From a virus, in the IMG/VR virus record IMGVR_UViG_3300032116_000125, positions 10,257 through 74,256 of that record: a stretch of DNA of 64,000 nt; one strand, 5' to 3'. The position numbers and the translations under genes were made by a program. Position 1 is the stretch's first letter, and each line of letters opens with the position of its first letter. Below are positions 47,622 to 55,897 of this stretch, piece after piece. Below the pieces are notes generated by a model, which was not told where the DNA came from, searched no databases, and saw only the letters and a list, made by a program, of their open reading frames with translations.

Positions 47622-48152
47622 TTGAAATTAACCACCTTGTCAATCATTGCCCTGACAGCCTTAACCACCGGCTGTGGGGCTTCAGAGGCTCCGAGCCTCC
47701 CCCCGGCGACCACTCGCCCCGGCCCCGTAACGGTGGTGATCACGCCACCCCCAACCACTACAGTCCCCCCGACTACGACCACAACGCTCTCCCCCGAAGA
47801 GATTGCGTACCTTGAGACCGCCGCCGCATGGCAAGCACAGGTGGATGTGATGGCCTTGGAGCACCCCCGATGCGCTGAGTGGCTCCCGCTCCTCTTGGAG
47901 GTCGGCGGGAAGATTGAGGACTGGCCCATTTGGAGTCGTGTTCTGTGGACAGAGTCCCGTTGCATTGACGGGCTGGAGGGCAATGGGTCACTCGGCCTCG
48001 CCCAAATCCAGTGGTCAGTGCACAAGGAATGGGCCATGTCCATGGGCATCACCCGAGAGATGGTTCTCACCGCCCGGCCCAACCTGACGTTCGCTGTACG
48101 GCTACAGGAAGCGTCGGGCTGGTCCCCGTGGCGGTACCTCAACCTGCCCTAA
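47622..48152 (+). CDS. Lipoprotein with lytic transglycosylase-like (SLT/Rpf-fold) domain
   Basis: TTG after AAGGAGG; lipobox-like LTTGC; P/T linker; ESRC..GLAQI..N..A..GWSPW. Confidence 0.7.
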   Translation: MKLTTLSIIALTALTTGCGASEAPSLPPATTRPGPVTVVITPPPTTTVPPTTTTTLSPEEIAYLETAAAWQAQVDVMALEHPRCAEWLPLLLEVGGKIEDWPIWSRVLWTESRCIDGLEGNGSLGLAQIQWSVHKEWAMSMGITREMVLTARPNLTFAVRLQEASGWSPWRYLNLP

Positions 48153-48161
48153 TTTACGACT

Positions 48162-48192
48162 ACAGTGGTGTCCCATAATGGGACACCACTGT
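48162..48192. repeat. TGTCCCA-N3-TGGGACA palindrome, copy 1
   Basis: ACAGTGGTGTCCCA-TAA-TGGGACACCACTGT. Confidence 0.9.
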
Positions 48193-48203
48193 GAGGAGTA
48201 GGT

Positions 48204-49289
48204 ATGAAGGTAGGCGTAGCATCCGGTGACTGGGTTCACCCTGATCGTGTTGAGGACGGCAAAGAGAAATGGGGCGGGTCCGGATGGGCTCGCCTTGCCC
48301 AGTATCTGCCTCTCCTGACTGACATCCAGTTCATCACGGGCACTCTGATCTTTGACCCCAAGCATGGGTCATTTCAAATCCGTGCTGGCGATGAGGCAGT
48401 CCATGACATTGACATGGTGTGGATGCAACGACTCATGCACGCCGGGGCCTCCACCAACATGAAGATCGCCCGTTCAGCGGGGCAAATCATCATCAACGAC
48501 CTTGACGACTGGTACTGGGGTTTGTCGGCTAGCAACAACGCTTTTCGCAACACGCACCCCAAACACAGCCCCGACATCAACATCAACCATTACCGTGCGA
48601 TTCTCGCTCAGTCTGACTTGGTTACTGTAAGCACCCCATACCTTGCTGACCGCATTAAGTCATGGGTTACCCGTTGCCCGATCACAGTTGTGCCGAACTA
48701 TGTGGACATCAAAAGATTTCCGAGATACGAGCACACAGAAACGGACGTTCCGCTCGTTGGGTGGGCCGGTAGTACCGGACACCGTAGTAACGACCTTGAA
48801 ACCGTTGCTGGGGTTATCAAACCAATGGTTAATGCTGGGAACATCCGCTTCCACCACACGGGCGCACATCCGGCGATGAAGAGCGTTGCGTCGCTCGTCG
48901 GACTCCGAGACGATCAGGTCGCCACCCTTCCGCTGTCCGATCACGAGACGTACCCTTCCAACCTTAAGTTTGACGTTGGTGTTGTTCCGCTGAACAACAT
49001 TCCGTTCAACCGAGCCAAGTCTGACATCAAGGGTTTGGAGTACAGCGCCTGTGGTATTCCGTTTGTGGCACAGAACTTAGATGCGTACATCAACCTCCGC
49101 AACTCACTCGGTATCGGTCGTATTGCGAAGCGCCCCACGGATTGGATTCGCCACTTGAATGCACTACGCTCTCCGAGTGTTCGTCGTGAGGAAGGGGAAG
49201 CCTGTTATGAGGCAGTGCAACACCGAGACATCCACCATGGCGTGCAGACGTATCAGCAAATCTTTGACCATTTCAGGAGACCACAGTGA
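48204..49289 (+). CDS. GT-B glycosyltransferase (GT4-like)
   Basis: DLDD, VTVST, VPN, GWAGS..H and FN.AKS.IK.LEYSA.G.P motifs. Confidence 0.88.
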   Translation: MKVGVASGDWVHPDRVEDGKEKWGGSGWARLAQYLPLLTDIQFITGTLIFDPKHGSFQIRAGDEAVHDIDMVWMQRLMHAGASTNMKIARSAGQIIINDLDDWYWGLSASNNAFRNTHPKHSPDININHYRAILAQSDLVTVSTPYLADRIKSWVTRCPITVVPNYVDIKRFPRYEHTETDVPLVGWAGSTGHRSNDLETVAGVIKPMVNAGNIRFHHTGAHPAMKSVASLVGLRDDQVATLPLSDHETYPSNLKFDVGVVPLNNIPFNRAKSDIKGLEYSACGIPFVAQNLDAYINLRNSLGIGRIAKRPTDWIRHLNALRSPSVRREEGEACYEAVQHRDIHHGVQTYQQIFDHFRRPQ

Positions 49290-49687
49290 GCATTGAGCAA
49301 GTTGATCTACCTTCCCTCGCACACCCCGAGAAAGACCCCTCATGGAGGAAGTCTGCGTTGTGCCTCGGTGTCGGCCCCGGGCCGTTCTTCCGAGAGCGGG
49401 GGAGTATGGGTTACTCCGCTGAGCGCATTATGTGCGCCCAATGCTCAGTGCGAGAGAACTGCTTGGACTTCGCTCTTGAGAATCACATCCAACACGGTTT
49501 CTTCGGCGGGTTCTCAAAGGAGGACCGCCAGCGCATCAATGCTGGCGACATGGGCCGAGAGATCACGATGACTCAGATCGTCAAGGACCTCGCCAAGTTG
49601 AAGAAAGACAACCCCATCCGGGAAGCCTCACGCCTGTTCTTCAAGGATGAAGCCGAGATACACGAGATGCTTTCAGCCGGTAAGTGA
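49286..49687 (+). CDS. whiB: WhiB-family transcription factor
   Basis: W...A.C, C..C.V...C and HGFFGG motifs. Confidence 0.85.
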   Translation: MSIEQVDLPSLAHPEKDPSWRKSALCLGVGPGPFFRERGSMGYSAERIMCAQCSVRENCLDFALENHIQHGFFGGFSKEDRQRINAGDMGREITMTQIVKDLAKLKKDNPIREASRLFFKDEAEIHEMLSAGK

Positions 49688-49690
49688 AAC

Positions 49691-49745
49691 AAAAAAAGAC
49701 CCCCCTCCCGCAACCACAAGGGTTACGAGAGGGGGGTCTTTGTAT
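49691..49745. terminator. Bidirectional intrinsic terminator between the convergent arms
   Basis: A7-GACCCCCCTC...GAGGGGGGTC-TTTGTAT. Confidence 0.8.
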
Positions 49746-49748
49746 TTC

Positions 49749-49931
49749 TCAGAGCGACTCGCACGCCGTCAGCACGGCGAGCAGGTGTTGGCGGTCATCT
49801 TCGGAGAGGGTGTCAGTGTTGACCAAGTCGTAGGCGAGGACGACGAGAGCGTTGAGGTCCTCCTCAGCCCGAGTAAGACCAAGGGTAAGGGCTTCAAGGT
49901 ACGCCTGTCTCATGGCCTCAGTGTCAGTCAT
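49749..49931 (-). CDS. Hypothetical protein
   Basis: GGAG RBS before ATG 49931. Confidence 0.55.
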   Translation of the reverse strand: MTDTEAMRQAYLEALTLGLTRAEEDLNALVVLAYDLVNTDTLSEDDRQHLLAVLTACESL

Positions 49932-50202
49932 TGAAGTGCTCCTCCTCGTGCATCTCCAGCAGTACCTGTGAGAGCAACTCTTTTCCGCACCACACGCAGG
50001 TGTGCTCCACACCAGCGTCGTCGTTGGGGGTCACCATTTCAAAAGGCAAGCCTGCTTCAACGATTACCCGACGAGCACGCTTCTGTTTAAGGGCCTCTTT
50101 CTTCTTCCACTCCCCCACAGTTTGGACGGGAGTGGCCGTGTACTGCTTCTGTTGTTTCTCGTCTTTGCTGAACTTCTCGTACCCACCCTGCATGGAAGTC
50201 AT
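49924..50202 (-). CDS. C2H2 zinc-finger-like protein
   Basis: CVWCG...H...H. Confidence 0.6.
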   Translation of the reverse strand: MTSMQGGYEKFSKDEKQQKQYTATPVQTVGEWKKKEALKQKRARRVIVEAGLPFEMVTPNDDAGVEHTCVWCGKELLSQVLLEMHEEEHFND

Positions 50203-50615
50203 GCTACCCACTTGTACGGGAGGTCGGGGGATACCTCGGGCCACAGGGGGCCATAGTGGGTGGGCAGTTTCCGCACGAGGTTGGAGCGGTGCGAGAGGAT
50301 GACCTCGCTGTCGTACAAGAAAGCAGGGACGCTGTCAGACATCGTCCGGAGCCCGAGAGCCCGAACCTTGTCAGCCACGGTGTCCTTGTACCCAAGGCTG
50401 GTCCAGTGCTCGCACATGGCGAGCGTGTACTGGGCCAACACATCGGCGTACCCGACCCACATCTTGACGGCGGGATGGCTACGCCAGCCGGTGCTACGAC
50501 CGGTCAGGGTGTTGAGAATCTGAAGACCCTCCACACGTTGTTTGCCGAGGCGCTGGCGGTCCAGCACCACGGCGTTGGCACGGAAGTCTGCTCCGCAGGG
50601 AATAAATGTTTGCAT
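50199..50615 (-). CDS. Pyrimidine-dimer DNA glycosylase / DenV-like (MSMEG_6728-like)
   Basis: MQTF, LD..RLGKQRVE..QIL, HPAVKMW.GY and SHRSNL.RK motifs. Confidence 0.85.
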   Translation of the reverse strand: MQTFIPCGADFRANAVVLDRQRLGKQRVEGLQILNTLTGRSTGWRSHPAVKMWVGYADVLAQYTLAMCEHWTSLGYKDTVADKVRALGLRTMSDSVPAFLYDSEVILSHRSNLVRKLPTHYGPLWPEVSPDLPYKWVA

Positions 50616-50630
50616 GGTTCTCCTTGATGG

Positions 50631-50939
50631 TTAAATGTAGTACTCATTGTCGTCTTCGTCGCCGTCTTCGTTGTCCCACGGGTCATCAAAGTCGTCGTCC
50701 CAATCTTCGTCGCTTTCCTTCTCGTAGAACGCAACGGCCTCGTCCCACTCGTAGAAGAAGTTGGGGTCTCCAATCGTGGAGTTGTACGCCTCAATGACCT
50801 CGTAGCACGCCCCCTCCACGCCGTCCCTGAGGAGGGAGACGTAGTCGTTGGGGTCGGTCGGGTTGATGATGCGGAGGTTCACTTGGTCAGACCCCGGGAC
50901 AGGGCGAATCAAGTAGTTGGGGATGAACTTGGTGCTCAT
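50631..50939 (-). CDS. Acidic hypothetical protein
   Basis: ATGA-type coupling. Confidence 0.6.
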   Translation of the reverse strand: MSTKFIPNYLIRPVPGSDQVNLRIINPTDPNDYVSLLRDGVEGACYEVIEAYNSTIGDPNFFYEWDEAVAFYEKESDEDWDDDFDDPWDNEDGDEDDNEYYI

Positions 50940-51343
50940 GGGTTGATGCGGTACTCCTGATCGGGGCACAAGTAAGTCAGTGCCGAGGTAACAATGTTTA
51001 GTTCAAGGCGAATCTCTTCGGCGGTCTCGGCCCCCTCGTTGATGGAGTCCGTGATGGTGAAGGCTGTCATGCCGCCACGGGCGGCGATGCAGTACTGATT
51101 GCCCTGCAACAGGGCCTCAATCTGACTGTAGTAACCATCAAAGTTACCGAAGGACTGGGTGAGGCTGAAGAGGAACGCCATGTTCGGATCGGGAAACATG
51201 GTCGTGGTCGTGGTTGTTGTGGAAGTGGTTGTCGTCACCAATGGGTCCAGCACGGTGGTGTTGCTCGGCTGTGACACCGAGCAACCCACCACCACCATGG
51301 CGACTGGAAGAGCCATCAGGGCCCTCTTCATTGCATCATCCAC
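50936..51343 (-). CDS. DUF732-like lipoprotein
   Basis: Lipobox-like VVGC; poly-T linker; G..YC...G..LCP. Confidence 0.65.
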   Translation of the reverse strand: MDDAMKRALMALPVAMVVVGCSVSQPSNTTVLDPLVTTTTSTTTTTTTMFPDPNMAFLFSLTQSFGNFDGYYSQIEALLQGNQYCIAARGGMTAFTITDSINEGAETAEEIRLELNIVTSALTYLCPDQEYRINP

Positions 51344-51735
51344 AAGTACTCGGGGCAGAGGTTGTACACCGCCGAGGCCGTGACCGACACAAACAACGAC
51401 AGAATGCGGTCGTCACCGCCTGCCTGAGTGACAGCGATGACGGCGACCTCCTCCATGCTCGCCCCAGCGTCCAACGCTGAGCAGATGCCGTAGCCCGTCT
51501 CAATGAGGGTCTCGTCATCCACATACACCGACTGACCGGCAGTGGCGTGCACGCCCAGCACATACAGTTCCTCGTCCGAGAAAGACGGAGCCGGTGTGGC
51601 GATGGGTGCGTCCGTGGTCCTGACCACTTTGGTGGTCGTGTCGGGAGCGTCAGTGCGCTCAACGTACACGGTCTTGGTACCGCCACAGGCGGTGAGTGCG
51701 AGGGCCCCGAGGCCGATGATCAGTTTGGTCTTCAT
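51328..51735 (-). CDS. DUF732-like lipoprotein
   Basis: Lipobox LTAC; LIETGYGICSALDAG..LCPE. Confidence 0.75.
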   Translation of the reverse strand: MKTKLIIGLGALALTACGGTKTVYVERTDAPDTTTKVVRTTDAPIATPAPSFSDEELYVLGVHATAGQSVYVDDETLIETGYGICSALDAGASMEEVAVIAVTQAGGDDRILSLFVSVTASAVYNLCPEYLWMMQ

Positions 51736-52097
51736 GACTTCTTCACCACAACTTTCAGGTAGGAGGAATGCTTCACTTCGGTCGCCGGGGCGAGGGTCTC
51801 GGCATCAATGTGGCCCAGTTCAATGGCGCTGTCCACTGCGGATGCCTTCACGTTGACCTCGGTCACCTTCTTGAAGATGGAGGGTGACACCAAGTCCTTG
51901 AGGACGATGGCGTTGAACGAGCGCCGGTCTTGGGCGATGTGCTTGAGAGCCACGCCGTTGATGACGATCTCGGTGCCCTCAGCGACCTCGTTCTTCAGGA
52001 CCTCTTCCAGCGCCTTGATGGCTTCGGAGAGGACCTTGGCTTGAGACACAAGGTCTATGTATTTCTCGGCGGTCTTCTTCAATACGGTGGTGTTCAT
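51732..52097 (-). CDS. Hypothetical phage protein
   Basis: Strong codon bias; coupled. Confidence 0.7.
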   Translation of the reverse strand: MNTTVLKKTAEKYIDLVSQAKVLSEAIKALEEVLKNEVAEGTEIVINGVALKHIAQDRRSFNAIVLKDLVSPSIFKKVTEVNVKASAVDSAIELGHIDAETLAPATEVKHSSYLKVVVKKS

Positions 52098-52336
52098 GGG
52101 TTTCTTTCTGTGTTGTGGGTTTCTTGGGACTTTGTGCAGATACTACCGACTAACTCTATGCCAACCCCGGTCAGGGTGTGGGATAAGAATCGGGTTAGAT
52201 TCCGCATTATTTCGGATGTGTCGTCGTGGTTGAACTGGTCAGCGTCACACGGGACGACGCTCCTGACGGGGAAGTACACCCCGTCAGGAACGTCCAACTC
52301 CAGTACGACTCGGAGGGTGTGGGAATCACCAGCCAT
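52094..52336 (-). CDS. Hypothetical protein
   Basis: Fills the gap; overlaps neighbours. Confidence 0.45.
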   Translation of the reverse strand: MAGDSHTLRVVLELDVPDGVYFPVRSVVPCDADQFNHDDTSEIMRNLTRFLSHTLTGVGIELVGSICTKSQETHNTERNP

Positions 52337-52733
52337 TGGAGTCGTCCATGAGGGAGTAGAACAAGGCTTCCTCTTCACGCTTCTTCTTGATTTGCGCTTG
52401 GATGAAGTTCAGAAAGTCGTCACGGACGGCCTTGTCTTCCTCGCTGAGTTCGTGGTCGGGGACTTCTTGCCAGTCGTCATCGTCGTCCACCCCAAGGGAC
52501 AGGTCCATACCGGCGTAGCACGCCTCTTGGATTTCCTCAACGGGGTAAGCGGGGAAGTCACGGGCGAGGGTAATCCACACGGTGCTCAGCGGGATGATCT
52601 CGTTGTGTCGGGTCATGTGGGCGATGCACTGCAACTTGAGGTCGTCCCAGTACTCGTACAAGGCAATCTGCTTCTGAGGGTCGGTTAGGTCGTCGTCGGG
52701 GTGAAGCCCATAGTTGGAGGCTTTGATGGTCAT
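52326..52733 (-). CDS. Hypothetical protein
   Basis: Coupled ORF. Confidence 0.6.
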   Translation of the reverse strand: MTIKASNYGLHPDDDLTDPQKQIALYEYWDDLKLQCIAHMTRHNEIIPLSTVWITLARDFPAYPVEEIQEACYAGMDLSLGVDDDDDWQEVPDHELSEEDKAVRDDFLNFIQAQIKKKREEEALFYSLMDDSNGW

Positions 52734-53026
52734 TCGGGTTCCTGTTCTACTGGTGGTCGGGCGGGGGTGTAAGCCCCGTGTTCTTCCATGGGGTGGATTA
52801 GATCAAGGTAATCACCCATCCATGTCTCGTAAACGGACATGGTCAGGCATCTTTGGCAGAATGCCTCGCCCCGAGCGTATGGGGCGCATTCTGCACAATC
52901 AGTGTCGTCACAGACGGAATCGCAAGTACATGGGGAGTTCATGAGGCCGGTGTACAGCACACCACACAGGTGTCGCATTCGGACAGCCTCGTCAAAGAGG
53001 GCGTTAGATGAGATGAGTTCAGGCAT
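52730..53026 (-). CDS. Cys-rich hypothetical protein
   Basis: CTC..C..C..C..CQRC; ATG follows the palindrome leader. Confidence 0.6.
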   Translation of the reverse strand: MPELISSNALFDEAVRMRHLCGVLYTGLMNSPCTCDSVCDDTDCAECAPYARGEAFCQRCLTMSVYETWMGDYLDLIHPMEEHGAYTPARPPVEQEPE

Positions 53027-53046
53027 GGTTCTCTTTCGGCGGTGGT

Positions 53047-53073
53047 GGGGGTGTCCCACGGTGGGACACCCCC
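53047..53073. repeat. TGTCCCA-N3-TGGGACA palindrome, copy 2
   Basis: GGGGGTGTCCCACGGTGGGACACCCCC. Confidence 0.95.
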
Positions 53074-53084
53074 TGATGTTGGTC

Positions 53085-53900
53085 TTACCACCGATGGGGG
53101 ATGTCGGGCATACCCTTGTTGACATCGTGCGTGCGGAGACGCTGTATGGGGGTGCCCACCGCAAAGTTCCGGTACACCGACAGGTAGGTACCGAGATGCT
53201 CAGCACGCCCCACACCACGGTCAATCCGGGGATGACGAACCAGCCAGTTGCGGAGGGCAAGACGAGGGTCGCCCACGTTCAGGTTCGCTCCCTCGCTGAC
53301 CGAGTTGAGGAACTCACGGATGCGAGAACCCCCATCCTTGTGTGTGAGGGCGCACAGGATGTACAGGGCACCCCACGCACTGAATGAACCCGCCAGTTGG
53401 CGATGGACCACACGGCAGTCCTTGAGGGCTTGCGTGATGAGTTCACGGTGCGCCTCGCAGAAGTTGATGATGTCCGTACGGCTGATGAGCGACATCAACT
53501 CCGTGTTGTTCGGGTTGATTCCAGCCTGCACTCCGATGACCAACTTGGCGATGGCTCCGACTTCCTTGGGGTCACCGAATCCGAGGCTACCCAGCGCGTC
53601 ACCGTTGGTACGGCTGAGTCCCGAATCCAAGACCTTGAAGACCTCGGGGTCAAGCCCATCCACCACGAAGAACTCCGCAGGGATACCGGCCTTGATGACG
53701 GCGAGCAGGCGGTGCTGTCCGTCCAACAGGGTGCCATCATTGGCGACCTTGATCGCCTCGCCGGTCACTCGCCATTGACCATCTTTGATCTGCTTGGCGT
53801 ACTGGTCCACACGGCGGGAGCGCACCGATCGGTTGATCGTGTTGCGCCCCAGCAGTTTCTCAGCATCCTTGGGCGTGATTACTTTGAGTGTTGCTTTCAT
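53085..53900 (-). CDS. ParB/Srx-like protein (DGQHR motif)
   Basis: ITP..A..LL..N..NR...G.W...GE.I...G.LLDGQHRL.A; GAGG RBS. Confidence 0.8.
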   Translation of the reverse strand: MKATLKVITPKDAEKLLGRNTINRSVRSRRVDQYAKQIKDGQWRVTGEAIKVANDGTLLDGQHRLLAVIKAGIPAEFFVVDGLDPEVFKVLDSGLSRTNGDALGSLGFGDPKEVGAIAKLVIGVQAGINPNNTELMSLISRTDIINFCEAHRELITQALKDCRVVHRQLAGSFSAWGALYILCALTHKDGGSRIREFLNSVSEGANLNVGDPRLALRNWLVRHPRIDRGVGRAEHLGTYLSVYRNFAVGTPIQRLRTHDVNKGMPDIPHRW

Positions 53901-53908
53901 GTTGTTCC

Positions 53909-54403
53909 TCACTTTGCTTGCTTGGACTTTGTGCCACGGGGGCGAACGGTGACACCGGCTTTGTGGAGCGTGTCGTACACAACCTTGGGGGTAACTCCCA
54001 AGTGCTTTGCGATAGTGACTCCGGATTCGCCCACGGTGTACCGCAGGACGATCATCTCGTTGCGCTGGCTGGTGACCGGCCTACGGCGCTCAACGCCGAG
54101 CGAGCGCAGGCTGGCGTAGACGGTCTCCACCGTCACTCCGAGCGCCTGAGCGATGCTGGGCCCTGACTCACCGCCCTTGTACCGGCGTGCGATTTCCTCA
54201 CGCCGTGCGACGGTCTTCGGGTCACTGGGGCGACCAGCCGACCGGCGCTCCACATGGATGCCAGCCTCACGGGCGTGCTTCAGGATGTGGACGATTTGGT
54301 TGTCACTGATTCCGAGCAACTGCTTGATCTCCGCTCGGGGCTTGCCTTCGTTGTGGAGGGCGACCACCTTGTGGGCCACTTCCACTCTCTTGAAGATGTT
54401 CAT
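53909..54403 (-). CDS. DNA-binding protein with three tandem HTH repeats
   Basis: G...AEI...LGIS, Y..GES..SIA..LGVT..TVY and Y..GES..TIA..LGVT..VVY. Confidence 0.8.
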   Translation of the reverse strand: MNIFKRVEVAHKVVALHNEGKPRAEIKQLLGISDNQIVHILKHAREAGIHVERRSAGRPSDPKTVARREEIARRYKGGESGPSIAQALGVTVETVYASLRSLGVERRRPVTSQRNEMIVLRYTVGESGVTIAKHLGVTPKVVYDTLHKAGVTVRPRGTKSKQAK

Positions 54404-54437
54404 CTTCTTCTCCTTGGTTGGTTTGGGGATGGGGGGT

Positions 54438-54476
54438 GCCTCCCCACCGGCATAGGGGGGAATCCGGTGGGGAGGC
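54438..54476. repeat. Hairpin CCTCCCCACC...GGTGGGGAGG (second family), copy A
   Basis: 13-bp arms, just after the AAA gene stop. Confidence 0.7.
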
Positions 54477-54482
54477 GGGTAC

Positions 54483-55751
54483 TCAGACCGTGCTATCCGG
54501 TGACACGGTCTGAGGAACGGAACCTTCCTTCTCTTCAGTGAGGAAGGTCTTGATGGACTTGTCCAAGATGATGGCTTCCACCTTGGTGCGCTCACGGTCG
54601 TCAAAGAACCCGCCGAAGACGCTGAGGGCGACATCCACACCGAGGGTGTCAATGTCCCGCTTCAGGTCCACCAGCAACTTCGTGCCGACCGGCGTGGTGA
54701 GCGAGCCAAGACGGCGAGCCTCACGGAGCGACTCACCCAACAGGACGAGCGCCGGTGAACCCAGCAACTTGGTCTCCACATCACGGTCGTATCCCCACGG
54801 GATGCGCTTCGTGAAGCGGTTCGCAAACGCCTCGTTCAGGGGCGAGGTGCCACGGTAACCCGGGGGGTTCATCGTGCCAATCACCCAGCAGTCCTTGTGC
54901 ATCTTGGTCTGCGCCATGAGGTACTCGCCCTCGGCATCCACCGCACGCTGACGGTTGACGAACGAGCGTCGGTCGTCGCACACGGGGTGGAGGGTTGAAG
55001 TAACCCGCTCGGGCATCATGTTGATCTCGTCCAAGTACAGGATGCACGCCACCTTGCTGGCGAGTTCCACGATGCCATTGAGGAACACGAGGCGCTCCAC
55101 GCCATCGGGGCCGATGTGTGCGACCGACTGACCAAAGAGGTCAAGGTCGGACACGCCAGCCGAACCGCTGAGGGTGAACACCGGCAGGGGCTTCGGGTAC
55201 CCGAGTTCCTTGGCGACGAGGACGGCGAGGACCTGAACGAGCAGGGTCTTGCCAGCCTGCGTGTCACCGACGAGGAGCACGTTGCTGGAGTAACCGTCAG
55301 AGTTACGGTCACGCCAGTAGTGCAACAGGAGGTCGGTGTCCTTGATGGAGCCGAACAACTTGCGGGACACATACTGCTTGACCAACTCGGGGTTGGGGCG
55401 GTAGGGGTCCAACCGGACATCCATTGCATCCACGATGGGCTTGACCTCAACCGGAGCGCTCGGGAAAGCCTGAGCAACCGGAACGGGTGCCACGACGCTC
55501 GGGGTCACGATGGTGCCGTCCGAGAGCAACTTGGGCAGGAGGTACACGACCTCACCGCCAATGCGCTGGACCTTGATGCACCGAGCGAACTGGGTGCCGT
55601 CCAACTCAATCGTGGTGGTCACAGCGGTCACTCGCTCACCGACTGGGATGCTGATGGGGGTGCCGTCAAGGAGTCGGGCGCTTACGGCCTTGGCTCGCTT
55701 GGCGAACACTTCGTACTCGCCTCCGATGCGGAGGTCACTGGTCTTTGCCAT
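54483..55751 (-). CDS. MoxR/CbbQ/CobS-like AAA+ ATPase
   Basis: GDTQAGKT, LYLDEIN, GTMN and LNEAF.NRF motifs. Confidence 0.88.
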   Translation of the reverse strand: MAKTSDLRIGGEYEVFAKRAKAVSARLLDGTPISIPVGERVTAVTTTIELDGTQFARCIKVQRIGGEVVYLLPKLLSDGTIVTPSVVAPVPVAQAFPSAPVEVKPIVDAMDVRLDPYRPNPELVKQYVSRKLFGSIKDTDLLLHYWRDRNSDGYSSNVLLVGDTQAGKTLLVQVLAVLVAKELGYPKPLPVFTLSGSAGVSDLDLFGQSVAHIGPDGVERLVFLNGIVELASKVACILYLDEINMMPERVTSTLHPVCDDRRSFVNRQRAVDAEGEYLMAQTKMHKDCWVIGTMNPPGYRGTSPLNEAFANRFTKRIPWGYDRDVETKLLGSPALVLLGESLREARRLGSLTTPVGTKLLVDLKRDIDTLGVDVALSVFGGFFDDRERTKVEAIILDKSIKTFLTEEKEGSVPQTVSPDSTV

Positions 55752-55803
55752 GGTGGTTCTGCTTTCTGTGGTTTGGTGGTTGGTGGTTTGGTTGGTGGAT
55801 GAG

Positions 55804-55820
55804 TGTCCCACGGTGGGACA
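55804..55820. repeat. TGTCCCA-N3-TGGGACA palindrome, copy 3 (core only)
   Basis: TGTCCCACGGTGGGACA. Confidence 0.9.
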
Positions 55821-55827
55821 GTTGCGA

Positions 55828-55862
55828 CCTCCCCACCCTCAGGGGTACTGAAGGTGGGGAGG
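55828..55862. repeat. Hairpin CCTCCCCACC...GGTGGGGAGG (second family), copy B
   Basis: 10-bp arms identical to copy A. Confidence 0.7.
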
Positions 55863-55897
55863 AGATAGTAGCGCCCCCCTTTGAGAGGCACAACTCG

